From the human T2T-CHM13v2.0 reference genome, Homo sapiens, in NCBI RefSeq assembly GCF_009914755.1, contig NC_060936.1: DNA of 64,000 bases. One strand, written 5' to 3'. Below are positions 1 to 22,373 of this stretch, in pieces (position 1 is the stretch's first letter; every line of letters begins with the position of its first letter). Under the pieces are notes generated by a model. That model did not search any database. It had not been told where the DNA came from and saw only the letters and a list, made by a program, of their open reading frames with translations. A program made the position numbers and the translations under genes.

Positions 1-369
1 AGTAGCTGGGACCACAGACGTGCACCACCATGCCCAGCTAATTTTTCTTATTTTTTGTAGAGTTAAGGTCTCCTGTGTTGCCGGGTTTGTCTCAAACTCC
101 TAGTCTTAGCAACCCTCCCACCTCGGCCTCCCACTGGGAGGTGTGAGCCACTGTACCCAACCATGTACTTTCTGATTTGTTGTAATGAGTACATATTTTA
201 TTTATACTTTATTCATTTTTGAGACCAGGTCTTGCTCTGCTGCCTAGGCTGGCATGCACTGGTATGATCATAGCTCACTGCAGCCTGGAATTCCTGGGGT
301 CAAGCAATCCTCCTACCTCAGCCTCCCAGGTAGCTGGGACTACAAGCATGTGCTACCACACCTGGCTAA

Positions 370-537
<168 letters not shown>

Positions 538-595
538 TGATAATGGTATTGTAGTTACATTTTAAAAGAGTTCTATTTTTAGAGATTGATAATGA

Positions 596-1366
<771 letters not shown>

Positions 1367-1721
1367 AATGAAATGATATATCTAGAATTTGTTTCATAAT
1401 AATCAAGGATAGGAGAAAGTGAGTGGGGACACAGTGAAACATGATTGCCCATGAGTGGATAAATTATGGAAGCTGAGTGATGAGTACATGTGAATTCATT
1501 TTACAAGTTTATCTGCCTTTGTACATATTTGAAATATTCCATTAAAAAAAAGTTCATCAGATCTAAGATGGTAAACCAATAACAACAACAAAAAGTTCAA
1601 AAGTAAGATTCCCAGGCCCTACTCCCAGAGAACTTGCATTTAAAAATATTTCCCAAATGATTCTGATATACACTCAGCTACTGAATTAGATGATAGCTAA
1701 TAACCCATTAATATAATTTTA

Positions 1722-2008
<287 letters not shown>

Positions 2009-2100
2009 GGAAGGAAGGAAGGAAGGAAGGAAGGAAGGAAGGAAGGCAGGAAGGCAGGCAGGCAGGCAGGCAGGGAGGGAGGGAGGGAAGGAGGGAGGGA
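2009..2100 (+). repeat. Compound (GGAA)9-(GGCA)n-(GGAG)n microsatellite
   Basis: Directly visible tetranucleotide arrays. Confidence 0.95.
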
Positions 2101-2169
2101 GATTTCTCTGTTCCCAAAATGACAGTCAGCAGCAAGAAAAAAGGTAAATTCCTTTATTTTTATTTTTAC

Positions 2170-4285
<2,116 letters not shown>

Positions 4286-5111
4286 CTGTTATTAATATTT
4301 AAAGTGGGTTTTTGAGAAGGAAGGAGAAAAGCATTATATTAAAACAAGTATTGTTGAGAAAACTGTAAACTGTGCATGGCTTTTAAGTAAAATGTGAGCC
4401 CTGAAGACATTTTTTACTTGAGAGACTGTTTTCAGCTATAGCCATAGGTTCCTCTAGATAGATGAGGTTAGAGAGGTTGGGCAGGGACACTTCTCTCATG
4501 GGGGCTTTTGTGGAAAACTTTGAGAGGCCCCGATATAATGCATTTGAAACTCAGCTAGACCTGAATGCTATCCATGTCTATCACCTCTCAACTAGAAAAC
4601 CTGAGAGCCAAACCGTCATACTGATGTCAGTGCTAATGCAAAAGACATGTGGATGAATAAGACCCAGTCTCTGTTCTCATAGGACCCTCACTTATAAACA
4701 GGCAATTACATGTAGTAAGAAAGCCCTGAGTCTTCTGCCTATAACCCCCATCTTGGAAGGAGATACCATCATCCTGCGAAGTCCAAGTTAGAATCTCGGG
4801 AGTTGCCTTCAACTACTTCTTCATCCTCTTCATTGAATCCCTCGCCATGTCCATCTCTAGAAACCATCTTATTCCCCTGGTCTCACTGCCACAGCCTTAG
4901 TCTAGGCCCTCACTGTTTATTACCTGGCCTGCTGCAATAGGTCTACTATGCTGCTGCTCCTTAAAATCTTCTAATGGTTCCCCATTCATCTGTTCAACAA
5001 ATTTTTATTAAATGCCCAATATGGGCTAGGCGCGGTGGCTCATGCGCCCGGCCTTGGGAGGCCGAGGCAGGCGGATCACTTGAGGTCAGGAGTTCGAGAC
5101 CAACCTGGCTA

Positions 5112-5306
<195 letters not shown>

Positions 5307-6201
5307 TCAAAAAAAAGAGAAAAAAAAAGTCCAATATGTATCTTTAAGTAATAGTTCAAATTCTAGCATGCATGCAGGTCCCAAGGCTACATTAAGCTTC
5401 ACTTCTCATACTCCTCCTCTCTGCAGGTCTCCTTTCCTAACACTTTTTTAGTTTCCCAAATAACCCACACTGTTGCTTGTCATAGATGCTGGTCCCTCTT
5501 TCTAGAATGCCTTTCCTCACCTTGTCTGCCAGGCAAGTATCTTACAAAACCCAGTTCAACTCCGTATCTTTTGTGATACTTAACCACATCCACTTCATCC
5601 CATTGATCGATTATTCACTCCCTTCCAAGTGCTTGCAACTTCTGTATCTTGTATACAGTCCAATTGTTGTTTTATTACTACTACTACTATTATTATTATT
5701 ATTATTTTGAGACAGAGTTTCGCTCTTGTTGCCCAGGCTGGAGTACAATGGCGTGATCTCAGCTCACCACAACTTCCGCCTCCTAGGTTCAAGCAATTCT
5801 TCTGCCCCAGCCTCCTGAGTAGCTGGGATTACAGGCATGTGCCACCACGCCTGGCTAATTTTGTATTTTTAGTAGAGATAGGGTTTCTCCATGTTGGTCA
5901 GGCTGCTCTCGAATTCCCGACCTCAGGTGATCCGCCCGCCTCAGCCTCCCAAAGTGCTGGGATTACAGGTGTGAGCCACTGTGCCCGGCCTGTTTTATTA
6001 TTTCTATTTGTTTATTCTCCTAAACTATAGGCTCCTTAAGGTTTAGGTACTTGCTTTGTTCATTTGGATTTCTCAGTATCCAGGAACTAGATATTTAATA
6101 ATTGTAACAGGAAGGAGAGTAAGACTGATCTAGGAGAGGATATAGGACTGAATGAGTGGAGCCTTGGAGTAGGATTTTCTAGACTGAAATAGAGTATAGG
6201 G

Positions 6202-6835
<634 letters not shown>

Positions 6836-7062
6836 TAGAGTATAAAGGGTGACAGCAGAAAGAGGATTCCAGTTAGAGACAACAGCATCAGGAAAATCAT
6901 AGGAGTACACAGCTTCACTAGCTGGTTCAGCATGGCTGTTATGGGGAGTGGTGGGGAATGAAGCTAGAAAGGGAGACTGGAGTTTCATTGTGAAGGGCTT
7001 TGAATGCCATGCAAGAGTGCCCAGATCTGGGGAGTGTGGCAGGTTCTGTGGAGAGACTCTGA

Positions 7063-7386
<324 letters not shown>

Positions 7387-8720
7387 TAATCCGGGGGTGT
7401 GTCTCATTCCTGGAGCTCTTGCTGTAGTGGATAAGATCAAGCATTCTGGAGTTAGACAGATATGGGCTCCTATCTTGGCCTTTCTACTTACTGACTGTAA
7501 GTCTTCAGGCAAGTCATTAAAACTTTTGAGCCTCGGTTTACAGAACTCCCTTTCCCCCATTAGATAATATTTATCTCCTTGAGTTGTCAGGAGGATTAAA
7601 TGATATTTTGCATGTAAATTGCTTTCTCAGAGCTGCCCTACAAAGAGCACTCAATAGGTACTCACTGTCATTATGTTTAGTTTTGCTCCCTTGCCTGTAA
7701 ATGCTTATATTTTTGGTTTGGCCATATCTGTTTGGTTTGGCCATATCTGTTTTTGTCCGTCTCTAACTGCACCTCACTTGCCACCCAGCCCTGGATGTGC
7801 AGTCTGCCATCCTCCCTGGCTCCACCCTTCTCAGCTAACAAAACACTGTTCTCTACCAGAAAGTTGCAAAACCACCTTGTTAGTGGTAAGTGCAGCTCTT
7901 AACTTCCTTTCTGCTACCCCTCCCTTCCTTTGTCCCTAATTTGGTTCTTCTTAGGTGGAGAGGACAGAAAAAACAGAAAAGAGAAAACTCAGTCTAGAGT
8001 CAGTGTAAGGGATGACTGGGGCAGACCAATCTCCCCAATCCCCAAAAGGCTCAAGGCCAAAAGGCTTGGAGAGTGTGGGGTCGGGGGTTGGGGGGTACTG
8101 AGAGAAACTTCCTCACCCTCCAACTCTGAAAGTGAAAAGGTGTTACCACCCTGAAACATACCCCAGTACTCTGGAGCCAAAGTAATTTGTTGCCATAAGC
8201 AACAGGTACATGTTAGGGCACTTATACTGTGTCATGGGTGTTCTTCCCAACGAAAGACCCTTGAGGGAACAGGGTGTACAGATGCTAAACAGATGTTTGT
8301 TGAAACAATGAATAAATTCTACTTTTGGATCACTTCCTAATGAAAACCCATATAATGCTAATCCCTAAAATCCTGCTTTGAGAATTCTGTCCCAATTTAT
8401 CTGGCCTGGCAGCTAAATTAGAATATAGATATTTAAGGAGAAAGAGCAAGAGCAAGGCAAAAAAGTAAATGTGGCAAAACGTTAACACTTGGTGAATCTG
8501 CATGAAAAATATTCCAGTGTTCATTGATTATTTATAACTTTTCTGTAGATCAGGGTTGGGGTGGAAATAGAGCTTTAAAAAAAATTACTACATATATCTT
8601 TGGTGGCTATAGTTCCCTACCATTGCCTCTCCCATAATCATTTATTATATTTTAGTTAATTCCCTCAATTGGGGTAATTTGCATAGGGCCTGGATATTTG
8701 ATATTATAAAATTTTGCTAA

Positions 8721-9071
<351 letters not shown>

Positions 9072-9751
9072 TGATCTACCCACCTCGCCCTCCCAAAGTG
9101 TTGGGATTACAGGCATGAGCCATGGCGCTTGGCCGGAAATCTTTATTTTTAGGATATATGATAAAGTAAGCTTTCCTTAAAAGGTCCTAATATACTTTTT
9201 CCAGCCTTTGCTCTGACCACTCCCTGTGCTCCAGCTGAGCTGTAGTTCTCACTCCAGTCTCCATGCCTTGCTTATGCTGGCACTTCTCAGCTAGAATGCT
9301 CTCTGATCACGTGTCTGAAAAACTACTAATCTCCCATAATTCCTATTTCAAATTCAGCCTCCACTATAAAACCTCTCGATTCTCCCCAATCCTTTTGTCC
9401 TCTGAATAGACCTGCATCTCTCAGGTCAGTTATTTTATTATCATTATTCTTTTTTTTTTTTTTTTTTAACTAGATCTTAAGCTTTTGGCAAAGCAAGAAT
9501 GTCTCTTACCCCTAAATTCCCTGCTGGGTCCAGCCCAGTACCCTGAACAAAGGAGTTTTTCTGTAAATATTTGTGGAATTTAACCCTCTGGGATTTAAGC
9601 TGAGTAGATGTCAACAGAGGAGAAGACCAACAAAGGAGTGGTAAACAACGCCCCTTCTCAGGGGGATCTGAGAGGTTTGCCACAGAGAAATCACAAACAG
9701 ATGGTGAAAGCAGTACTATAGTTGGAAATGAGAAGATGTATCATACTAAAA

Positions 9752-9784
<33 letters not shown>

Positions 9785-9785
9785 C
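9752..9785 (+). repeat. (CA)n microsatellite, interrupted
   Basis: Visible dinucleotide run. Confidence 0.95.
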
Positions 9786-10233
9786 TCTAAAGCCAGCTTA
9801 AATTCAGTCCCATGTTGAGTTTGGGCGGGAAATGGAAAACAGACCAAGAATGTTTCATCCCTATTGTGTTTAATGGTCACCAGACCTCCACTCCCAGCTT
9901 TTCAGAGGATGCCTGAACAAAAAGTGTTTCTACTTCTGAGCTCTGTTCCTGAGAGAGGATCAGCAGGAAGTGGGGGAGGCACAGATGTGAGAGTGGCTTA
10001 TCAGGAACGTTGTAAAGCAGCAGCCTGAGTGAGGTTAGGATTCAGAGGCAGGACACCTGGGTTTCAGTAATATTTCTGCTACCTACCAATCTCTTTTGAG
10101 CCTTGTTTCCTTATTTCTAAAACAGAGATGCTAATAACCTGCTTAAAGTGTTGAATAGATGAAGGGAGATGACATCGGTAGAATGTTGGCTCCATAAAGG
10201 GAGAGAGAATCACTTTGTCTTTTTTTTTTTTGA

Positions 10234-10338
<105 letters not shown>

Positions 10339-12619
10339 TGAGTAGCTGGGATTACAGGCATGCGCCACCACACCCGGCTGATTTTGTATTTTTAGTAGAG
10401 ACGGGGTTTCTCCATGTTGGTCAGGCTGGTCTCGAACTCCCGACCTCAGGAGATCCACCTGCCTGGGCCTCCCAAAGTGCTGGGATTACAGGCGTGAGCC
10501 ACTGCACCCCGCTGATAATCACTTTCTTATATCCCTGTCTCTGGTCCATAATAGGCGCTTGATATTTGACACATTTCACTATTTGACACATTAGCTATTA
10601 CTTATTACTCAGAAGATTACATCCAACTGCTTGCAGAAAAAGCAAAAAGTGTTGCAAGGAATTCTTTCATTTTAGTGCAAATTTCTCCCTCTTTATCTTG
10701 GTCTCAATAACTTCCCAAGACTCAAGGACTGGCTTCAGGCTGACGGAGCTGAGCTCCCTTCCGGCATCCCAGGCCATTCCCACCTTATCGAAGTTCAACC
10801 TTTGCCTACCCTTTTGTCTAGTCTAGGTTCAGAATATCTTGTTTTCTTCATCAGCTGGGAATTCCTCATGGCAGATTTGAGTTTGCTCCTCTTTCTCTAC
10901 TTCCTCAGGGTTCAGGCCAGAAGAACCTGAGAGACTGGTTCTGTCTTTGGGAAGTATTTGACTCTGAGTCTAATGTGACAGCTTTTCAATTTAGTGTTCT
11001 TACCATATTGAGTTTCATCAAGAACATCAACCCTCTCATTTTACAGGTGCAAGATCTGAAGCCCAGAGCAGGACATTATTTAGCCAAGGTTTGGAGTCTA
11101 TGCTTACAAAGGAGTGAAAGCCCAAAGCAAGGTTTTAGTGTTGACGAGAGGCTAGATGAAGACAGAAGATGCAAGAGTGAAATACAATCAATTGTATGTC
11201 TTTTATTTTTATTTATTTATTTTTATTTTTTGAGACAGAGTCTCCCTCTGCTTGAGTGTGGTGTGGTGTGATCACTGCTCACTGCAGTCTTGATCTCCTG
11301 GGCTCAAGCAGTCCTCCCACCTTGGCCTCCCAAAGTGCTGGGATTACAGGAGTGAGCCACTGTGCCTGGCTGGTATGTCTTTTTAAAATTACTATCATTC
11401 ATGAGTGTTTTGTCTTTTAGGGTTTTTTTTTTTTTCAACCACAGTGTGGCCTTCTCTCCAGTACCTCCTGCTCGCCCACACTGTTTCGAGCTAGACCTTC
11501 CCATAGGCCCTGCTCTCGGGTCTACCAGATTTGTAAGTCTTCAGAGAGGCTGAAACTAGGATCAAGGTGAAGTTAGGGTAAGTGAAGTAACGAAGTCTGG
11601 CTACACGAACTCTTTCCCTTTTCCTCCTCTCTTTCACATGACCTCAAATGATAGAAAATAACCTCCCTTCCATTGTGGTCTCTTAAAGTCAGGAGCTACA
11701 TCTACATTCCATCAGTTTTCTGCTGATAAATCAACTCGGGAGAGCTGGTTGCCTTTAAGCCTTCCCAGGGCTCAAAGCAGTGCTCCACTTTTAGAAGATA
11801 ATAGGGATATTTCAGTTGGTAAGCAGAGCTGTTCATCCAAATGCTTCTAAGTCCATCAGCTCTTAGAAAACCAAAACTTCTCCGTTGTAGAAGGCAGGTT
11901 GGGCTTAATAAAGAGAGAGAGAAAAAAAGGAAAACCGAAACTCTATCTCAGGTCCTTCTTGTCTTTCTTCCCTCGCTCTTTCTTCTGGCTGACATGTCTT
12001 CCCAAACCGCCTTGTCTACTAGAGGGTTGGTAGGTGGAGAGCAGAGGCTCAGGTTAGAAGCAAAGAAAATATTCTGTACAGGTAGAAACAAAAATGCCAT
12101 CAAAATGTGTAGAGAATGTCCCCACAATTTAGATTGCCAAGCAAGTAATAGATGGGCAGCCCACCTAAGTGCCAGTGCTGGAGCAGGGCTACCTGACACT
12201 AACCAAGGACACACTCTGAACACAGATGTGGTTCATCACCCTGGGAGGTGTACTCCCCAACGCCAAAGGGAGGGTAGAAGAAGCAGATTTGGGCTCCTGC
12301 TTACGTCAGCTGAAACACCACCCAGAGGCCAGGCAGGGTCAGGTAGGGGGAGAACTATGCAGGATTATTCTAAGCCTTTGGTGGGGGGTGCCTGCTGGCA
12401 TCCGCTGCATCGCTGTTTTTGGGGAAATTGCCCTCTATGGAAAATTACCCTCCAATTTCATCATCTGTAAAATACCAATTTTGGATTGCTAGCACAAAAT
12501 TTGATACAAAGGTGGCCACCACCATCACTTCCTTTCTTTCACCTTTTCTGGGTCAGCCTGAGGGTTGTCGAAGGTTCTGCCCAGAGACTGTTGTCTCCCC
12601 AGCTTCCCTTATCCTTGCC

Positions 12620-13836
<1,217 letters not shown>

Positions 13837-14791
13837 TTAGGCAAGAGAATGATCACATTGAAAAAAGGCTGAGGAGGATAGTATGGACGCCCGTGCTGAG
13901 CATGAGGAGCAAGTTTTTCTAGTTGGAGTACAGTGTACTGGATGGAGGCAGAATGTGAACACAGACACAGATTGTGCAAATTGGGGTGCGGCTGTTGAGA
14001 TGACAACTATTGTTTCTTTAGGGAGAAGTTCTCCAAAAAATTCCTCCCTGACCTGTTTGAGGGGATAGCTTGAGATTAGGACACTAGGTGTGGAGGAACC
14101 ACGTACTCAGATTTTACAGTGCAGGTTAAAATTTCCTCAAGGCAGGGAAGAAGGTCAAAATAACACTTCCTAAGGAGTGGAGGGGGAAGATAGGGCCTGA
14201 CACAAAATTAGAGGCCCTTGTATGCTACTGTGTTCCTCTTCTTTCTCCAAAACAATCATTACTGCACTCAAGGTCAACTGTGTACCAGGCATTGCTGGGT
14301 GTTCTGAAACAAGGATGAATAAAATGCAGTCCCTGACCTTAAGATGCTTAATGAAGTCTGGCCGGGCACCACGGCTCACACCTGTAATCCCAACACTTTA
14401 GGAGGCTGAGGCAGGCAGATTGCTTGAGCCCAGGAGTTTGAGACTAGCCTGCGCAACATAGCAAGACCTTCTCTCTGCTAAAAATACAAAAATTAATTGG
14501 GCGTGGTGGCACACACCTGTAGTCCCAGCTATCAGGGAGGCTGAGGTGGGAGGATCACCCGAGCCAAGGGAGGTGGAGGCTGCAGTGAGCCCTGATGGTG
14601 CCACTGCATTCCAGCCTGGGCAAAGCGTGAGGCCCTTTCTCAACCAATAAAGAATAAGTATTAATAAATAAGTACATAAATAAAGATGCTTAAAGTCTGG
14701 AGGTGGAGATAGGTGGGTAATCAGGTGATTCTAATGTAATGTGCTTAATTTATTTGTAGAGATGGATACAAAATTTTCTGGGAATAGGTGA

Positions 14792-14926
<135 letters not shown>

Positions 14927-16609
14927 TGAGTAGCTGGGACTAAGGTGCGTGCATGCCACCACTCCTGGCTACCCAGGCTGATCTGGAACTCTTGAGCTCA
15001 AGCAATCCACCCGCCTCAGCCTCCCAAAGGGCTGGGATTACAGGTGTGAACCACCTTGCCCTGCCAGGCGATTAGGGTTTATTCTGGATGTTAGCTTTGG
15101 TGATGCCCTGGAAGAGGCAGGGTGATGAAAATAGAAGGACTTGATATTGGATGGGGAGAAGTGGGGAGAAGCATGGAGAATAGCAGTACTGCGGGAACAC
15201 TGAGAGTAGATGGCAATGCTAACAGGTGTGTCACTGGCAGAAGGAGGCCAGTACCTGTGTCCCTGCCAGGACTACATGGCATCCTCAGCAATGCAACCCA
15301 GCCACTGTCTCCTAAGAAACTCTGTTTAGTGCCAATATCTTGCAAACTGAAATTGATGGTCACCAAATCATGTAGTGTTAGAGAAGAAACAACCCTTAGA
15401 AGTTAATTAGATAGGGAAATTGAGTCACAGAAAGGGCTGATGACTTGACCACAGCCACCCAGCTCCTCAGTGGTGGAACTGGGATGGGAACAGACTCAGC
15501 CTCTTATAGCACATGGAGTGTTCTAGAGGCCTCTGCTGAGCCTGTCAATTCCAGGGTCTGTCTCAGCCAGTTTCTCCTTCTGTAATGTTTAATACCCTAG
15601 TCCCTCTTGTCTGGTCTTAAGTGATTGACATGAAAAGCTGCTTCTCATCCTTTTTAGCCTTCCCCTTTCAGTTCCCCCTTTGCTTTCTCATAGGCCACTC
15701 TAACAGACTGAGCCCTGGCCAGGATACAGCAGAATTATCAGTTTCCCAGTTCTCTGTGGTTTATAGAACCCTGGATCCGGTTGCCTAATTTTAGTCCCAG
15801 CCTTAAAGTGCTGATTCACACTTAGCTTGAGGCCCTATGTTGTTGTTGCCTCTTCCTTTCTGTTCTGCCTCTTCCCCTCAACCCTTTCGTTTCTTTGTTT
15901 AGTATCTTCTCTTCTCTCCTTTTTTCTATTCTTAGCTCTCCAGTCTCCATTGTTGTTTTTTTTTTTTTTTGAGACAGAATCTCACTTCATTGCCCAGGCT
16001 GGAATGCAGTGGCGCAATCTTGGCTCACTGCGGCCTCCACCTCCCAGGCCCAAGCGATTTTCTCCAGTCTCCTTTCTAATTTGTCACTTTCTTAGTCTGC
16101 TGGTATCTGCCCTGCCTCCTAATCTTATACTTCTATCTCTGGTGTATCCTAGTAGTTGCCATCACCCAGAAACTTGGAGTGGGCGTTCGTTTTAGGCACT
16201 AAAGGGGGAAACAAAAGAAGGATGAACCCACAGTATACCTGGGAAAGACAGGGCACATTCAGTCACTCAGGAAGTTTTTTGTTTGTTTGTTTTGAGACGG
16301 AGTCTTGCTTTGTTGCCCAGGCTAGAGTGCAGTGGCACGATCTCAGCTCACTGCAACCTCCACCTCCTGGGTTCAAGTAGTTTTCCTGCCTCAGCCTCTT
16401 GAGTAGCTGGGATTCCAGGCGCCTGCCACTGTGCCCAGCTAATTTTTGTATTTTTAGTAGACACGAGGATTCACCATCTTGGCCAGGCTAGTCTCGAATT
16501 CCTGACCTCGTTATCCACCCACCTCGGCCTCCCAAAGTGCTGGGATTACAGGCGTGAGCCACCGTACCCAGCCCACTCGGGAACCTTTTTTTTTTTTTTT
16601 TTTTTTTGA

Positions 16610-16738
<129 letters not shown>

Positions 16739-16935
16739 TAGCAAATATCCACAGGAATAGGGCAGATGGACAGATTAGTGGATACATAGATCCTAAAGTA
16801 ACCCAAAATGGATAACATAAAGCTACTCCCACTGGGTTTGTGTTGTGGACTGGTAGAGGTAGCAGCAAAGGGAAGACCCAGCCTGCAGATGTGGTGAAAT
16901 CCAACTTGGATCCTATAACTGCATTTCTTCTAAAT

Positions 16936-17212
16936 CAGTGGTCCCCAACCTTTTTGGCACCAGGGACCCGTTTCGTGGAAGACAATTTTCCACGAACCAG
17001 GGTGGGGGATGGTTTCGAGATGATTCAAGGGCATTACATTTATTGTGTACTACATTTCTATTATTATTACACTGTAATATATAGTGAACTAATTATACAA
17101 CTCACCATAATGTAGAATCAGTGGGATCCCTGAGCTTGTTTTCCTGCAACTAGACGGTCCTGTCTGGGGGTGATGGGAGACAGTGACAGATCATCAGGCA
17201 TAGGGACCCCTG
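16936..17212 (+). mobile_element. MER1-type hAT-Charlie MITE
   Basis: Termini CAGTGGTCCCC...GGGACCCCTG form imperfect TIRs. Internal sequence matches MER1 as recalled. Confidence 0.8.
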
Positions 17213-17263
17213 CTCTGGAGGGCTTAATTACAAATAGACACAGTATGATAATGTATATCTAGT

Positions 17264-17269
17264 TTTATT
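17264..17269 (-). terminator. CELA1: CELA1 polyadenylation signal AATAAA
   Basis: tttatt on the + strand about 115 nt past the stop codon, followed on the minus strand by a GT/T-rich tract. Confidence 0.85.
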
Positions 17270-17383
17270 TGCTTTTCTATCAATGGCTCAATAGTCTTTC
17301 AGAATGTGTTTTACTTTTTGATCGCAAGTCCTATTGCAGATCTAAGAACCATTTTGGGAAGGTCGTTGGACTCAGGAAAATGT

Positions 17384-17401
17384 TCAGTTGGAGGCGATGA
17401 C
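17384..17401 (-). CDS. CELA1: CELA1 exon 8 coding part (VIASN-stop)
   Basis: ctttccttcag|GTC ATC GCC TCC AAC TGA. Completes the 777-nt CDS in frame. Confidence 0.95.
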   Translation of the reverse strand, partial: VIASN

Positions 17402-17747
17402 CTGAAGGAAAGACAGTTATGTCCACAGTCAGTAACTCCTGCCTACCTCCTTTCTTGTTTCCTCAGGGCTCCCAGTTAAGTATGGTTTTGTACTGGGTTT
17501 ATGGGAAGTTGACAGGGTGTGGGGACAGGGAGGCAGGAAGTCAGCCTCAACTGTGATAGGACAGCTCAGTGTTATAGGTACATACCCAGAATACAGTGGC
17601 AAAGACAGACCTTGAAATGGCCGTGAGCCAAGATTAATACACAAGGCTCCAGAATGTGTTTGAAGGGTGGAGGGCACAGTGAAATGTGTTGTGTGGCCTT
17701 TCCACCAGGTCAGTGTAGGCAGAGCCTCACCTAACTCTCAAGCATTA

Positions 17748-17912
<165 letters not shown>

Positions 17913-17915
17913 TTA

Positions 17916-18254
<339 letters not shown>

Positions 18255-18490
18255 CTAAGCAATAAACAATACAGTGAAGTCTGCTCTGTGGGTATGTGGA
18301 GGGGAGGGAATTCAGGATGGCAGCCTTATTGAAGGAAAGTACACCGTGGAAGGAAGGGAAGGGAGTAAACACATGAATGTGGTAAGGAAGATGACGGCTT
18401 GCCCAGTCCATCCAACGTTTGTTCCCCAACCCAGCCAGTGCGTAGGTCTCCAGGTGACCCCATTTCAACCCATCATTTGAGAGGACTCAC

Positions 18491-18640
18491 ATTATTTATC
18501 CAGGAGATGTAAGCAGAGACCTGGGTGAAGACTGTAGGCTTCCTGGAGACATTACAGCCCCGGCTGGACACAAAGCTGGTCACTCCATGGACAGAATACT
18601 TGCCATTCACCAAGCAATGGAGGGGGCCCCCAGAGTCACC
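18491..18640 (-). CDS. CELA1: CELA1 exon 7 ([13 protein letters not shown]...SWINN; catalytic Ser206)
   Basis: ctgcag|GGT GAC TCT GGG GGC CCC...AAT AAT|gtgagt. 150 nt. Contains the GDSGGP serine-protease motif. Confidence 0.97.
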
Positions 18641-19149
18641 CTGCAGGGAGGAGAAACAGAATCCTAAAACTCCAGATCTTCGGGCTTTTGCTTGCACTCC
18701 CCCCGCCCCCGTCTCTGGTTGTGAAATTCTGTACGGTTTTAAAGCTCCAATGCAAATCTCCACCTCCTTCATGTCCCCACAATCAAAATGAATCTCTTCT
18801 TCCTTTCTAAACAACCACAATACTTCTTCTCTTTTGCTGCACTTATTTCATGTTCTGCCTTGTATTTTGGTTTCATAATTTGTTTGTACCTCCTCACACA
18901 TGTCTATGAGCTTCCTGAGACAAAAACTCTTACCAAGATCTTTCCTCTCCACAATGCTAGCATAGAACTTTAAATATCTAAAGTTCAATCGCTTTTATTG
19001 GCTTAAATTGAACCTGGGGTGGCAAAAATAGGGCATTCTAATAATTTCTTTATCCCCAGCATTTAGACCAATGGGTATAATTAGACCAAGTATTTAGACT
19101 TGGTAGTCAAAACATGCTAAACTAAACTGGAATGAAGAGGAAAGTGATG

Positions 19150-21700
<2,551 letters not shown>

Positions 21701-21704
21701 CTAG

Positions 21705-21860
<156 letters not shown>

Positions 21861-21927
21861 TGAGTAGCTGGGAGTATAGATGTGTAGCCCCACTCCCCGT
21901 TAATTTTTTTTTTTTTTTTGAGACTGA

Positions 21928-22190
<263 letters not shown>

Positions 22191-22229
22191 TGAGCCCGAC
22201 TGTTTTTTTTTTGTTTTTTTTTTTTTTAA

Positions 22230-22373
<144 letters not shown>

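Noticed and set aside
11841-12470. 209-aa plus-strand ATG ORF in BIN2 intron 1
   Set aside because: No recognisable domain, low-complexity composition, and no promoter or splice support. Probably chance. Ribosome profiling or PhyloCSF would be needed to revive it.
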